Assembly: GCA_965662845.1 (NCBI GenBank)
Contig: CBFIJD010000007.1
Coordinates: 1-64,000 of the forward strand
DNA: 64,000 nt
DNA from: an uncultured bacterium
GTDB lineage: Bacteria > SAR324 > NAC60-12
Reading direction: 5' to 3'
Every line of letters begins with the position of its first letter. Position 1 is the stretch's first letter. Position numbers and translations under genes: made by a program. A model generated the notes under the pieces. The model searched no databases. It saw nothing but the letters and a program-made list of their open reading frames with translations, and was not told the origin of the DNA. This document shows positions 10,461 through 18,465 of this stretch, piece by piece.

Positions 10461-10562
10461 AAGGACCTCAGGCTTGAGTGATAGCAGACAGGGGATTCGC
10501 AACCGACCTGTGAGGGATATCGGAAGGTGAGCTGAGAACTTTAGCGAAAAAAATGGGAGAGC

Positions 10563-10808
10563 ATGCCAAGAGGGGGATATCGGGAAGGAGCCGGGCGCAA
10601 AAAAGAATACACGGAGCCCGTACGCAAAATTCTGCTTGGATTGCCAGAGTCGGTGTTGCAGCAGCTTGATGAGTTTGCCGCTCACCGAGGGTTGTCACGC
10701 CCCAAAGCGATCGCTGCGTTGCTCAAACTATCCCAGCGCCGCGAGCACAAAGAGATGCTGCAAGAGCTTAAATCTCTGCATCTGGAATTGAAGAAGAACT
10801 CCGACTAA
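10563..10808 (+). CDS. Ribbon-helix-helix (CopG-like) DNA-binding protein with an RGG-x-REGAGRK N-terminal arm
   Basis: ILLGLPESVLQQLDEFAAHRGLSRPKAI fits the RHH pattern; RBS GGGAG. Confidence 0.7.
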   Translation: MPRGGYREGAGRKKEYTEPVRKILLGLPESVLQQLDEFAAHRGLSRPKAIAALLKLSQRREHKEMLQELKSLHLELKKNSD

Positions 10809-10962
10809 GTCGAACCGGTTCCTCGCTCTCTTCGGGGAGTTGACGCTGCAAACGTTGCAAGCGAGCGCGAGAAGCTTCAAACTTTTTCCGGATCCTGCGT
10901 TGTTCTACAATTCCTAAAATCACCATTGAGGCGACTAACATTAGGATTAGTACGAGTCCCAT
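10768..10962 (-). CDS. Small membrane-anchored hypothetical protein
   Basis: N-terminal hydrophobic helix then basic residues; RBS GAGGG; 41-bp convergent overlap with the RHH gene. Confidence 0.55.
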   Translation of the reverse strand: MGLVLILMLVASMVILGIVEQRRIRKKFEASRARLQRLQRQLPEESEEPVRLSRSSSSIPDAEI

Positions 10963-10992
10963 GCGCCCTCTGGTCTCTTAAAAGTGAGATGT

Positions 10993-11394
10993 ATGCTCTG
11001 GAAACTGTTTCTGGCCTTCACCCTCATCCCCATCTGTGAGATCTACATTTTAATGAGCGTTGGCGCACAAATTGGAGTGCTGCCGTCGATCGCGCTCGTG
11101 ATTTTGACTGGAATTTTAGGCGCCGCGCTCGCGCGGAGTCAAGGACGCCAGACTCTCTGGCGTATGCAAGATACGTTTCGTCAAGGGATGGTTCCTGGTG
11201 ATGAGCTGCTCAACGCCCTGCTGATTGCGATTGCGGGCGTCGTGCTCCTCACACCGGGTTTTCTGACGGATGCCGTTGGGCTGTTGCTGCTCATTCCCTT
11301 CACTCGTGATTATGTGCGGGAGGGGCTCAAGCAACGGTTCGCCGTGATTTACGCGAACCGCGACAGGGATGACGGTACGATCATACACAGCTAA
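10993..11394 (+). CDS. fxsA: FxsA-family membrane protein
   Basis: P.CEIYIL, LARSQG, AGVVLLTPGFLTDAVGLLLLIP. Confidence 0.9.
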   Translation: MLWKLFLAFTLIPICEIYILMSVGAQIGVLPSIALVILTGILGAALARSQGRQTLWRMQDTFRQGMVPGDELLNALLIAIAGVVLLTPGFLTDAVGLLLLIPFTRDYVREGLKQRFAVIYANRDRDDGTIIHS

Positions 11395-11419
11395 CCCCCT
11401 TCCTTCACGGAGTGAGACC

Positions 11420-11635
11420 ATGGCAAACACGGCAGCACTGTTGGTGCAAGAGGCTTCCAAAGCGATCAGTCTGGAGACGGTCAAGCGCGGAAAGCAGCCC
11501 TACAACAACGCAGTGATCAGTGAATATTTGGAGAGAGTCGAGCGGGAGGTGAGCCGGGATCATGCCAACGAGCTGATCAGGATGTATCGTCTGCACGAAC
11601 CCAATATTGACGGAAAGTCTTGGCCTCTTCGCTGA
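11420..11635 (+). CDS. Hypothetical protein (71 aa)
   Basis: RBS GGAG before ATG 11420; follows fxsA closely. Confidence 0.6.
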   Translation: MANTAALLVQEASKAISLETVKRGKQPYNNAVISEYLERVEREVSRDHANELIRMYRLHEPNIDGKSWPLR

Positions 11636-11654
11636 AGAGGTGCTCCTGCGAACC

Positions 11655-12095
11655 CTAGAGAAACAGGGCCGACAACCGTGGCGCGGGCTGGGCTCCACGG
11701 AAATCCGCTCCGGACACGATCTCAGGGCGCTGCACGATGAGACTCAGCGGGACCGAGCGTGGTTTTGTGCGCATGAATAGTCGAGAAAGCACGGGTTGTG
11801 GGCGGTCTTCGAGGCGGAAATCTTTTCCAGAGACGATTTTTGACACTTGCGGTGGCGACGATGGCAGCGCTGGCTCCTCAGATTGGGAAGTCTGATGGGA
11901 GTCTTCCATGCTCTGCATCAGGTGCAGCAACATTTCGCGCTCTTTCTGGTCGTGTCCACGCTGTTCGATCAGGCGCTCGTTCATGTCGATCAGGCGATTG
12001 TTCAGCCCGACCAACCACTCCTGCTGTTGTGAGGATGGCTGCATAGCTCTCGTTTCAATCCATTGACCGTTGGAGCCCTCATCCTTGAGAGCCAT
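11655..12095 (-). CDS. Hypothetical protein with a coiled coil and duplicated IVSGxDFR motif (start 12095 or 12044)
   Basis: Open frame filling the gap; IVSGKDFR and IVSGADFR repeats. Confidence 0.55.
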   Translation of the reverse strand: MALKDEGSNGQWIETRAMQPSSQQQEWLVGLNNRLIDMNERLIEQRGHDQKEREMLLHLMQSMEDSHQTSQSEEPALPSSPPQVSKIVSGKDFRLEDRPQPVLSRLFMRTKPRSVPLSLIVQRPEIVSGADFRGAQPAPRLSALFL

Positions 12096-12457
12096 GGGAT
12101 GACGCGAACCCACCCCGCTTGAGTTCACGCAAACTTCACGAACACGATTCTTTCAACGTTGCAGCGTAACGGTGCGCTGATGGTTCATTAGCTCCATGCC
12201 GGTGACATCCAGAGCGCACGGGAACCCTGACAACAAGATAGAAGAGTTTGTGTGCTGAGTCGGTGGGACGGGGAAGTGTGGCGAAATTGTGGCGGTTTTT
12301 GTCAGGTTTGTAATGTTGGCTGGTTGCAGACCTGATAGCATCATGCTCTTTCTTAAGGGCTTGCCTACCTCCGATGGTAGGGAGATGTACGCACTAAGCA
12401 GAAGGGTGCGTTGATGGGGCGAAACCCGCAAACCTACAGAATTCGCGGGACGCAGCT

Positions 12458-12486
12458 AAAGTATGCAAAAAAAAAATCGACTGCAA
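12458..12486 (-). promoter_or_regulatory. Sigma70-type promoter with a T10 tract in the spacer
   Basis: Minus strand TTGCAG-tcga(T)10gca-TACTTT, 17-nt spacer. Confidence 0.5.
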
Positions 12487-12535
12487 GGAAAAAATCCGGC
12501 TTATCTAAGTTTTTTTAGTTTGTCCTCCGAAAAGC

Positions 12536-12585
12536 TTTTCTGACAAACTTCTTGTCAGGTTTTCGGCAGACCTTTTTCTGACAAA
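12536..12585. promoter_or_regulatory. CTGACAA inverted and direct repeat cluster (putative operator)
   Basis: CTGACAA-N5-TTGTCAG at 12540-12558; TTTTCTGACAAA at 12536 and 12574. Confidence 0.55.
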
Positions 12586-12609
12586 TGATATCGTCCACAG
12601 GGGCCTCGC

Positions 12610-13293
12610 ATGGATTACGCGCAAGAACAGCAACAGTGGTTTGACCGTTGGCAGCACGGGCGCATTGGCTTTCATATCTCTGGCGTCAACCCTTGGTTGA
12701 TTCGCTATGCTGACGACGTCTATGCCGCAGAGACGACGGCGACTTCACGAATTTTGGTCCCTCTGTGTGGCAAAACGTGGGACTTGCTGTGGTTGCGCAG
12801 CCGCTTTCATGAGGTCATTGGGGTTGAGTTAGTGCCACAGGCCGTAGAGACCTTCTTCGCGGAACATGAACTCACCCCTGCGCAGGACACCGTCGGCCCC
12901 TTCCAGCGGTTTCGGCATGGGAACCTGACGATCTTGCAGGGAGACTTTTTCGCTCTTGAACCGCCCCATCTCGACCATCACCCCATTGAGGCCGTCTATG
13001 ACCGCGCTTCTCTGATCGCGCTGCCGCCGGAGCTCCGCGAGCGCTACGTGCCGCATTTGGAAGCACTGCTCGCCCCACAGGCTCAGATTCTGTTGATCGC
13101 AATTGCATACGAAGAAGGCAAAATCACAGGCCCTCCTCACAGCGTGGCTGAAACCGAAGTCCACCGACTCTTTGATGACAAAGCCGATATCTCCCTGCTG
13201 GAAGCCAAAAACATTCTGCCCGACTCGCCAAATCTCCAAGAACAGGGCGCGAGCTGGGCCTCGGAGACCGCCTTCCGTATACAGCTGCGATGA
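12610..13293 (+). CDS. tpm: Thiopurine S-methyltransferase family (bacterial TPMT)
   Basis: WxxRWxxGxIGFH, VPLCGKTWDL, GDFF, YDRASLIALP, GPP. Confidence 0.9.
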   Translation: MDYAQEQQQWFDRWQHGRIGFHISGVNPWLIRYADDVYAAETTATSRILVPLCGKTWDLLWLRSRFHEVIGVELVPQAVETFFAEHELTPAQDTVGPFQRFRHGNLTILQGDFFALEPPHLDHHPIEAVYDRASLIALPPELRERYVPHLEALLAPQAQILLIAIAYEEGKITGPPHSVAETEVHRLFDDKADISLLEAKNILPDSPNLQEQGASWASETAFRIQLR

Positions 13294-14018
13294 AAGTGAT
13301 CGCGATCATTCCGGCTCGTTACGCCTCCACCCGTTTCCCAGGCAAACCTCTGGTCCAGATCGCGGGCAAGCCGATGATTCAACATGTAGTCGAGCGTGTC
13401 CGCTCAGTGCGCTCGGTGGCAGAAGTGATTGTCGCTACCGACGACGAGCGCATTGCGTACGCGGTCCGCGACTTTGGCGGCGAGGCTTGCCTGACCAGCC
13501 CAGCCCATCTCACCGGAACTGACCGCATTGTGGAAGTCGCGCAGTCGCGCCCCTGTGACTGGATCCTGAATGTGCAAGGCGATGAGCCGCTCATCGCTCC
13601 AGATGCTCTGGAAAATCTAATTTGGCAGACGCTGGCTGACGGCACTTGCCCCATTGCGACCTTAATTTATCGCTCTATAGATGCAGACGTATGGCGCAAT
13701 CCCAACGTGGTGAAAGCCGTCTTAAATGCGCGATCTCACGCGCTGTACTTCTCCCGTTCCCCTCTCCCCTATGTCCGCGACACCAGCTTTGACTTCTGTT
13801 GGAAGCATCTCGGCGTTTATCTCTACCGCCGTGATTTTCTCCTCGACTACGCCTCTTGGGCGCCCACTCCGCTAGAAAAAGCCGAAAAACTAGAGCAGCT
13901 GCGTGTCTTGGAGCATGGCTACTCGCTGCTGTGTGTAGAGAGTCACGCAGACAGTGTGGGGGTTGACCTGCCCGAAGATATCGCCCTCGCCGAAAAAAAT
14001 CTGACACGTCTTGTCTGA
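13290..14018 (+). CDS. kdsB: 3-deoxy-manno-octulosonate cytidylyltransferase
   Basis: IIPARYASTRFPGKPL, NVQGDEP, LYFSRSP, LEQLRVLE. Confidence 0.95.
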   Translation: MKVIAIIPARYASTRFPGKPLVQIAGKPMIQHVVERVRSVRSVAEVIVATDDERIAYAVRDFGGEACLTSPAHLTGTDRIVEVAQSRPCDWILNVQGDEPLIAPDALENLIWQTLADGTCPIATLIYRSIDADVWRNPNVVKAVLNARSHALYFSRSPLPYVRDTSFDFCWKHLGVYLYRRDFLLDYASWAPTPLEKAEKLEQLRVLEHGYSLLCVESHADSVGVDLPEDIALAEKNLTRLV

Positions 14019-14119
14019 TTCTGTGGAGGCCCACTCCTCGTGTGGGCTGAAGACGCTTTTGAGCACTCCCCTTTTTCTTCCAATCTTCTCCAGATTCCTT
14101 ACAAACTTGTGACCTGCGG

Positions 14120-14149
14120 TTGACAAACCCGCTGTTACCTACGTATTAT
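14120..14149 (+). promoter_or_regulatory. Sigma70 promoter of the betaine-type ABC operon
   Basis: TTGACA-N18-TATTAT. Confidence 0.6.
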
Positions 14150-14151
14150 TA

Positions 14152-14307
14152 GCGACTTTGGATGTCACAGTATGACGTCAGATGTCCTACTTCTGACGCA
14201 GGAAGAAACACCTGTCTCGCACTTCACTCTTCCGAAGTCGTCACGCTACGCGCTTACGACAGGCCTCCCTCAAATCTTCCCGCGTTTGTCCACGAAGACA
14301 CTTCGTG
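14152..14307 (+). ncRNA. Candidate structured 5' leader (riboswitch-like; no known family recognised)
   Basis: 11-bp closing stem 14152-14162/14231-14241 enclosing inner hairpins; further hairpin CACGAAG-ACA-CTTCGTG. Confidence 0.4.
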
Positions 14308-14371
14308 ATCCCCCGAGCAGCTCCCGCAGGATGCGCCCTTCTGTTCGTCAACCCAAGTATTAGGAGACTGA

Positions 14372-15421
14372 ATGATTCGTTCTCGATTTGTGTCTAGTAT
14401 TACCCGACGCCTGCGCCAGTACGTCTTGACCAGTGCTATCGCCGTTGTTGGTTCGATAGCACTCGCCGGTACGGCCTCAGCAGAAGAATGCGGCAAGATC
14501 ACAATCGCTGAGATGAACTGGGCTTCGGCTGAGTTCATGGCCAATCTCGACAAAATCATCCTCGAAGCGGGCTTCGGCTGCGAGGTCGAATTGATCGCCG
14601 GTGCGACCATGACCTCTTTCGCTTCTATGGACGAGAAAGGCGACCCAGACATGGCCCCTGAGCTGTGGGCCAACGCTGTGAACGAACCCTTGTTGCGGGC
14701 TCAGTCCGAAGGCCGCATGCAGATTGTTAACCGCAGCCCAATCGTGGGTGCGGGAGAAGGGTGGTGGATTCCACGCTACATCGTTGAGAAGCACCCAGAG
14801 TTGGAGACGCTGGAAGACATCATCGCTCGCCCTGATCTGTTCCCACACCCTGAAGACCCTAGCAAGGGCGGGTTCTACACCTGTCCCTCTGGCTGGGCTT
14901 GCCAGCTGACTTCCAACAATCTCTTCCGCGCCTTTGACATGGAAAATAAAGGTTGGCGACTGGTAGAGACAGGCTCTGGCGCTGGCTTGGATGGCTCCAT
15001 CGCCAAATCTTTTGAGCGTCAAGAGGCGTGGTTGGGGTACTACTGGGCGCCCACCGTGATGCTCGGAAAATATCCAATGGAGCCGGTCAACTTTGGCGTG
15101 CCTTACGACGAAGAGAACTGGAACAGCTGCATCAAGCTCGCCGAAGCAGAGTGTGAAGACCCCAAGCCATCGGCGTATGCGCCTTCTAAGGTGTATTCTG
15201 TCGTGACCAAAGACTTCCGTGAAAACGGCTCTGCCCTCGCGATGAATTACATCACCGAACGTCGCATTCCTCTGAACTCTTTAGGGGAACTCCTGAAGTG
15301 GATGGACGCCAACCAAGCCACAGGGGAAGACGCGGCTTATGAGTTCCTCGTGAGCTATGAGAATCTCTGGACCAAGTGGCTAGACGATGACGTCGCAGCA
15401 CGCATCAAGCGCTCTCTCTAA
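14372..15421 (+). CDS. Glycine betaine/proline/choline-type ABC substrate-binding protein (OpuAC/ProX family)
   Basis: Signal peptide, IAEMNWASA, EGWWIP, CPSGWAC, GYYWAP; RBS AGGAG. Confidence 0.85.
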   Translation: MIRSRFVSSITRRLRQYVLTSAIAVVGSIALAGTASAEECGKITIAEMNWASAEFMANLDKIILEAGFGCEVELIAGATMTSFASMDEKGDPDMAPELWANAVNEPLLRAQSEGRMQIVNRSPIVGAGEGWWIPRYIVEKHPELETLEDIIARPDLFPHPEDPSKGGFYTCPSGWACQLTSNNLFRAFDMENKGWRLVETGSGAGLDGSIAKSFERQEAWLGYYWAPTVMLGKYPMEPVNFGVPYDEENWNSCIKLAEAECEDPKPSAYAPSKVYSVVTKDFRENGSALAMNYITERRIPLNSLGELLKWMDANQATGEDAAYEFLVSYENLWTKWLDDDVAARIKRSL

Positions 15422-15497
15422 CCGCGACCCGCACAGCTTTGTCGCAGCCGGACCACCCCACTTGTCCGGCGTTTCGCTCCTCTAAGATAAAAAATGT

Positions 15498-16406
15498 ATG
15501 GAAGCTTTTCTAACCAGCGAGTTTCTGACGGAATTTCCCAAGATGGGACGCCGAGACTTGCTCGCTCTGAAGCGTGAATTCGACAACGGATTCCGCGACT
15601 TCTCCCGCGAATATGGGGAAGCCCTCGAAAACTTCTTCGACCCTCTCCTCCAATTCTTGATCTTCCTTGAGAATCTGCTCACCACCACGCCTTGGCCCAT
15701 CATCATATTTTGTGCGGCTGGTTTAGCTTGGCTAGGTAGCCGCAACTGGAAGATCACCCTTGGCACGGTCTTGTCGCTCTTGCTCGTCGGTTATCTTGAC
15801 ATGTGGGAGGACACGATGAGCACCGTCAGCATGATCATGGTCTGCACGATGCTCTGCATCGCCATTGGTCTTCCCATCGGCGTGCTCATGGCGCGCTCAG
15901 ATCGGGCCCAAGCGGTTGTTACCCCCATCCTAGATGTGATGCAGACCATCCCGAGCTTTGTGTATCTGATTCCGGTCGTGATGCTGTTGGGCATCGGTAA
16001 AGTCCCTGGCATGCTCGCTGTGGTGATCTACGCGCTTCCACCCATGATTCGACTCACCAACCTTGGGATTCGCTTAGTTGACAAGCAAGTTTTGGAAGCT
16101 GCCGACGCCTTCGGCTCTAGCGCATGGCAGCGGCTGCGCCATGTTCAGATTCCGCTCGCGCTACCTAACATTTTCGCAGGCGTGAACCAGACCATCATGA
16201 TGTCTCTCGCGATGGTCGTCATCGCCTCGATGATCGGAGTACGTGGGCTCGGGCAACCCGTATTGAAAGCAATCTCAAACCAATATTTGGCGTTAGGGCT
16301 CTTCAACGGCATGGCCATCGTCGCGCTCGCCATCATCTTTGACCGCGTTACTCAGGCTTACGGTCAGCGCCTGCAACGCCACCGCGCAGGAGGTCACAGT
16401 GTCTGA
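15498..16406 (+). CDS. ProW/OpuAB-like ABC permease
   Basis: PILDVMQTIPSFVYLIP, EAADAFG, AGVNQTIMMSLAMVVIASMIG. Confidence 0.92.
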   Translation: MEAFLTSEFLTEFPKMGRRDLLALKREFDNGFRDFSREYGEALENFFDPLLQFLIFLENLLTTTPWPIIIFCAAGLAWLGSRNWKITLGTVLSLLLVGYLDMWEDTMSTVSMIMVCTMLCIAIGLPIGVLMARSDRAQAVVTPILDVMQTIPSFVYLIPVVMLLGIGKVPGMLAVVIYALPPMIRLTNLGIRLVDKQVLEAADAFGSSAWQRLRHVQIPLALPNIFAGVNQTIMMSLAMVVIASMIGVRGLGQPVLKAISNQYLALGLFNGMAIVALAIIFDRVTQAYGQRLQRHRAGGHSV

Positions 16407-17436
16407 TGAAATTTTGATCAAAATTGAGAATCTCTACAAAGTCTTCGGAAGTCGCCCCGCGTCTGTGATGCCGCTAGTGAAGGGCGGCATCGGCAAGCAA
16501 GAGCTGCTAGAGCAGCACAATCACGTCCTCGGACTCAACGACATCAACCTCGACATCCCCACCAAGCACTTGCAAGTGGTCATGGGGCTCTCTGGCTCGG
16601 GCAAATCCACCCTGATTCGCCACATCAACCGTTTGATTGAGCCGACGGCTGGGAAAATTCAGGTCGGTGGTGATGACGTTCTGACCATGAACCCCAAAGA
16701 GCTGCGCGAGTTCCGACGTCACCGCATCTCGATGGTGTTCCAGCGCTTCGCTCTGCTCCCGCACCGCACCGTGCTAGAGAATGTGATGTATGGGGTGGAC
16801 ATTATGGGAGTCCCCAAGAAGGAAGCGAAGCAGCGCGCCGAGAGGTGGATCAATCGGGTTGGACTCGCCGGCTTTGAAGATCAATATCCCGCCAAGCTCT
16901 CCGGCGGGATGCAGCAACGAGTCGGGCTCGCCCGCGCGCTCACTACCGACGCAGACATTCTGTTGATGGACGAAGCCTTCAGCGCCTTAGACCCGCTGAT
17001 CCGCACCGACATGCAGAACATTCTGTTGGATCTGCAGGCAGAGCTGCATAAGACCATCGTCTTCATTACGCACGACTTAGACGAGGCGCTTAAGCTCGGA
17101 GACCAGATCGCGATCTTGCGTGACGGCGAGGTCGTGCAACAGGGGACTGCGCAACAGATCGTGATGCGCCCCGCGGACAAGTACATCATGGACTTTGTGC
17201 GTGACATCAACCGTGCTCGCGTCTTGCGCGTACGCGCGGTGATGGATGCAGAGGTCAAACCGGAAAATCCAAGCGGTGGCATCCCTGCACACATCTCCTT
17301 GGAGAGCGCGCTGCACACAGTCGCAGCCGCAGGCAGCGCAGGAGTCCCGGTGCTAGACAAGAACAATCAAGTCATCGGGAGCCTCAACATCGAGTCTCTC
17401 ATTCAAGCGATGGTTCCCCCCGAGCGCCCTAATTAA
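16399..17436 (+). CDS. ProV/OpuAA-like ABC ATPase
   Basis: MGLSGSGKSTL, LSGGMQQRVGLARAL, LLMDEAFSALDPLIR; GTG start with GGAGG RBS. Confidence 0.92.
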   Translation: MSDEILIKIENLYKVFGSRPASVMPLVKGGIGKQELLEQHNHVLGLNDINLDIPTKHLQVVMGLSGSGKSTLIRHINRLIEPTAGKIQVGGDDVLTMNPKELREFRRHRISMVFQRFALLPHRTVLENVMYGVDIMGVPKKEAKQRAERWINRVGLAGFEDQYPAKLSGGMQQRVGLARALTTDADILLMDEAFSALDPLIRTDMQNILLDLQAELHKTIVFITHDLDEALKLGDQIAILRDGEVVQQGTAQQIVMRPADKYIMDFVRDINRARVLRVRAVMDAEVKPENPSGGIPAHISLESALHTVAAAGSAGVPVLDKNNQVIGSLNIESLIQAMVPPERPN

Positions 17437-17646
17437 CCCGGCGAGGCACGCCCGTCCTCGCTTCGTCGGTTTCTTCTAGGCTACTTCCTAACAGCCTCTC
17501 GCTGTTGTTCTCCCAAGGGAGCAGCCTATTTTCTTCCCTCCTCCCAGTGGCCCACGACGGATTTGTCTGGATTCTTCGCTAGAATCCGCGTTGCCTAGCG
17601 GCCTTTGTTTTGCGGAATCTTCCATCTATCTCACTGCTACCAACGC

Positions 17647-18465
17647 ATGCCAGAACTCCCTGAAGTGGAAACGGTCGCCCGTGGGCTCCACGAGCGCATT
17701 GCCGGACACACCATCGAACGCGTCGAAGTCTTCCGCGAGAAAGTGGTGCCCTTGGGCGACACAGACGCTTTTGCGGCCAGCGTCGAAAAGCATCGTGTTC
17801 TCAGCGTCGCGCGCCGGGCGAAGTATTTGATCTTCCAGCTGGAACCCGAGCTTGTCATGCTGGGGCACCTACGCATGACGGGGAAGTTTGTCGTCACCGC
17901 TCCAGTCCCAGAGCCCGCAAAGCATGATCGTGCATGGTTCTGGCTTTCCAACGGGCAGCTGTTGATTTTTACGGATCTGCGCTGTTTCGGCACGCTGGAG
18001 CTGTTTCCTTCAGTGGCTGACATCCCCAAATTGCGACAGCTCGGCCCCGAACCCCTCTCAGAGCATTTCAACGCCGCTTATCTACAGCCGCTGCTGCAGA
18101 AGACGCCGCGCGCGATCAAACCGCTGTTGCTAGACCAGAGGCTGGTCGCGGGGCTTGGGAACATCTACGCTTCAGAAATTTTGTTTGCCGCTGGCATACA
18201 TCCCGAACGTCGCGCCAACACGCTGCAAAAACAGGAGACCGAGCAAATGATCGCCCAGACGAAGCGCATCCTCGGCCTTGCGATTGACAAGAATGGGACA
18301 TCGGTCTCTGATTTCCGCCAAGTAGATGAAAAGACAGGAGAATTTCAAAATTTTCTGCAAGTGTACGACAAAGCTGAGCAGCCCTGTGTCCGCTGTCAAA
18401 CGCCGCTTCAACGTATTGTCCAAGCTCAACGCAGCACCTACTTTTGTATGAGTTGTCAGTCATGA
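17647..18465 (+). CDS. mutM: Formamidopyrimidine-DNA glycosylase
   Basis: MPELPEVE, HLRMTG, AGLGNIYASE, C-terminal zinc finger CVRC...CMSCQ. Confidence 0.97.
   Translation: MPELPEVETVARGLHERIAGHTIERVEVFREKVVPLGDTDAFAASVEKHRVLSVARRAKYLIFQLEPELVMLGHLRMTGKFVVTAPVPEPAKHDRAWFWLSNGQLLIFTDLRCFGTLELFPSVADIPKLRQLGPEPLSEHFNAAYLQPLLQKTPRAIKPLLLDQRLVAGLGNIYASEILFAAGIHPERRANTLQKQETEQMIAQTKRILGLAIDKNGTSVSDFRQVDEKTGEFQNFLQVYDKAEQPCVRCQTPLQRIVQAQRSTYFCMSCQS

Noticed and set aside
11655..12344. Two in-frame minus-strand ORFs (12153-12344 and 11655-12128) separated by a single TGA, suggesting Sec read-through or a pseudogene
   Set aside because: The hairpin after the TGA is weak and lacks an apical G loop. 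The upstream ORF has no protein-like features and the downstream ORF has its own plausible starts, so chance is more likely.
12415..12460. GCAAACC...GGGACGCA resembling a c-di-GMP-I (GEMM) riboswitch on the plus strand
   Set aside because: No GAAA-capped P2 stem or tetraloop receptor; pairing favours the opposite strand
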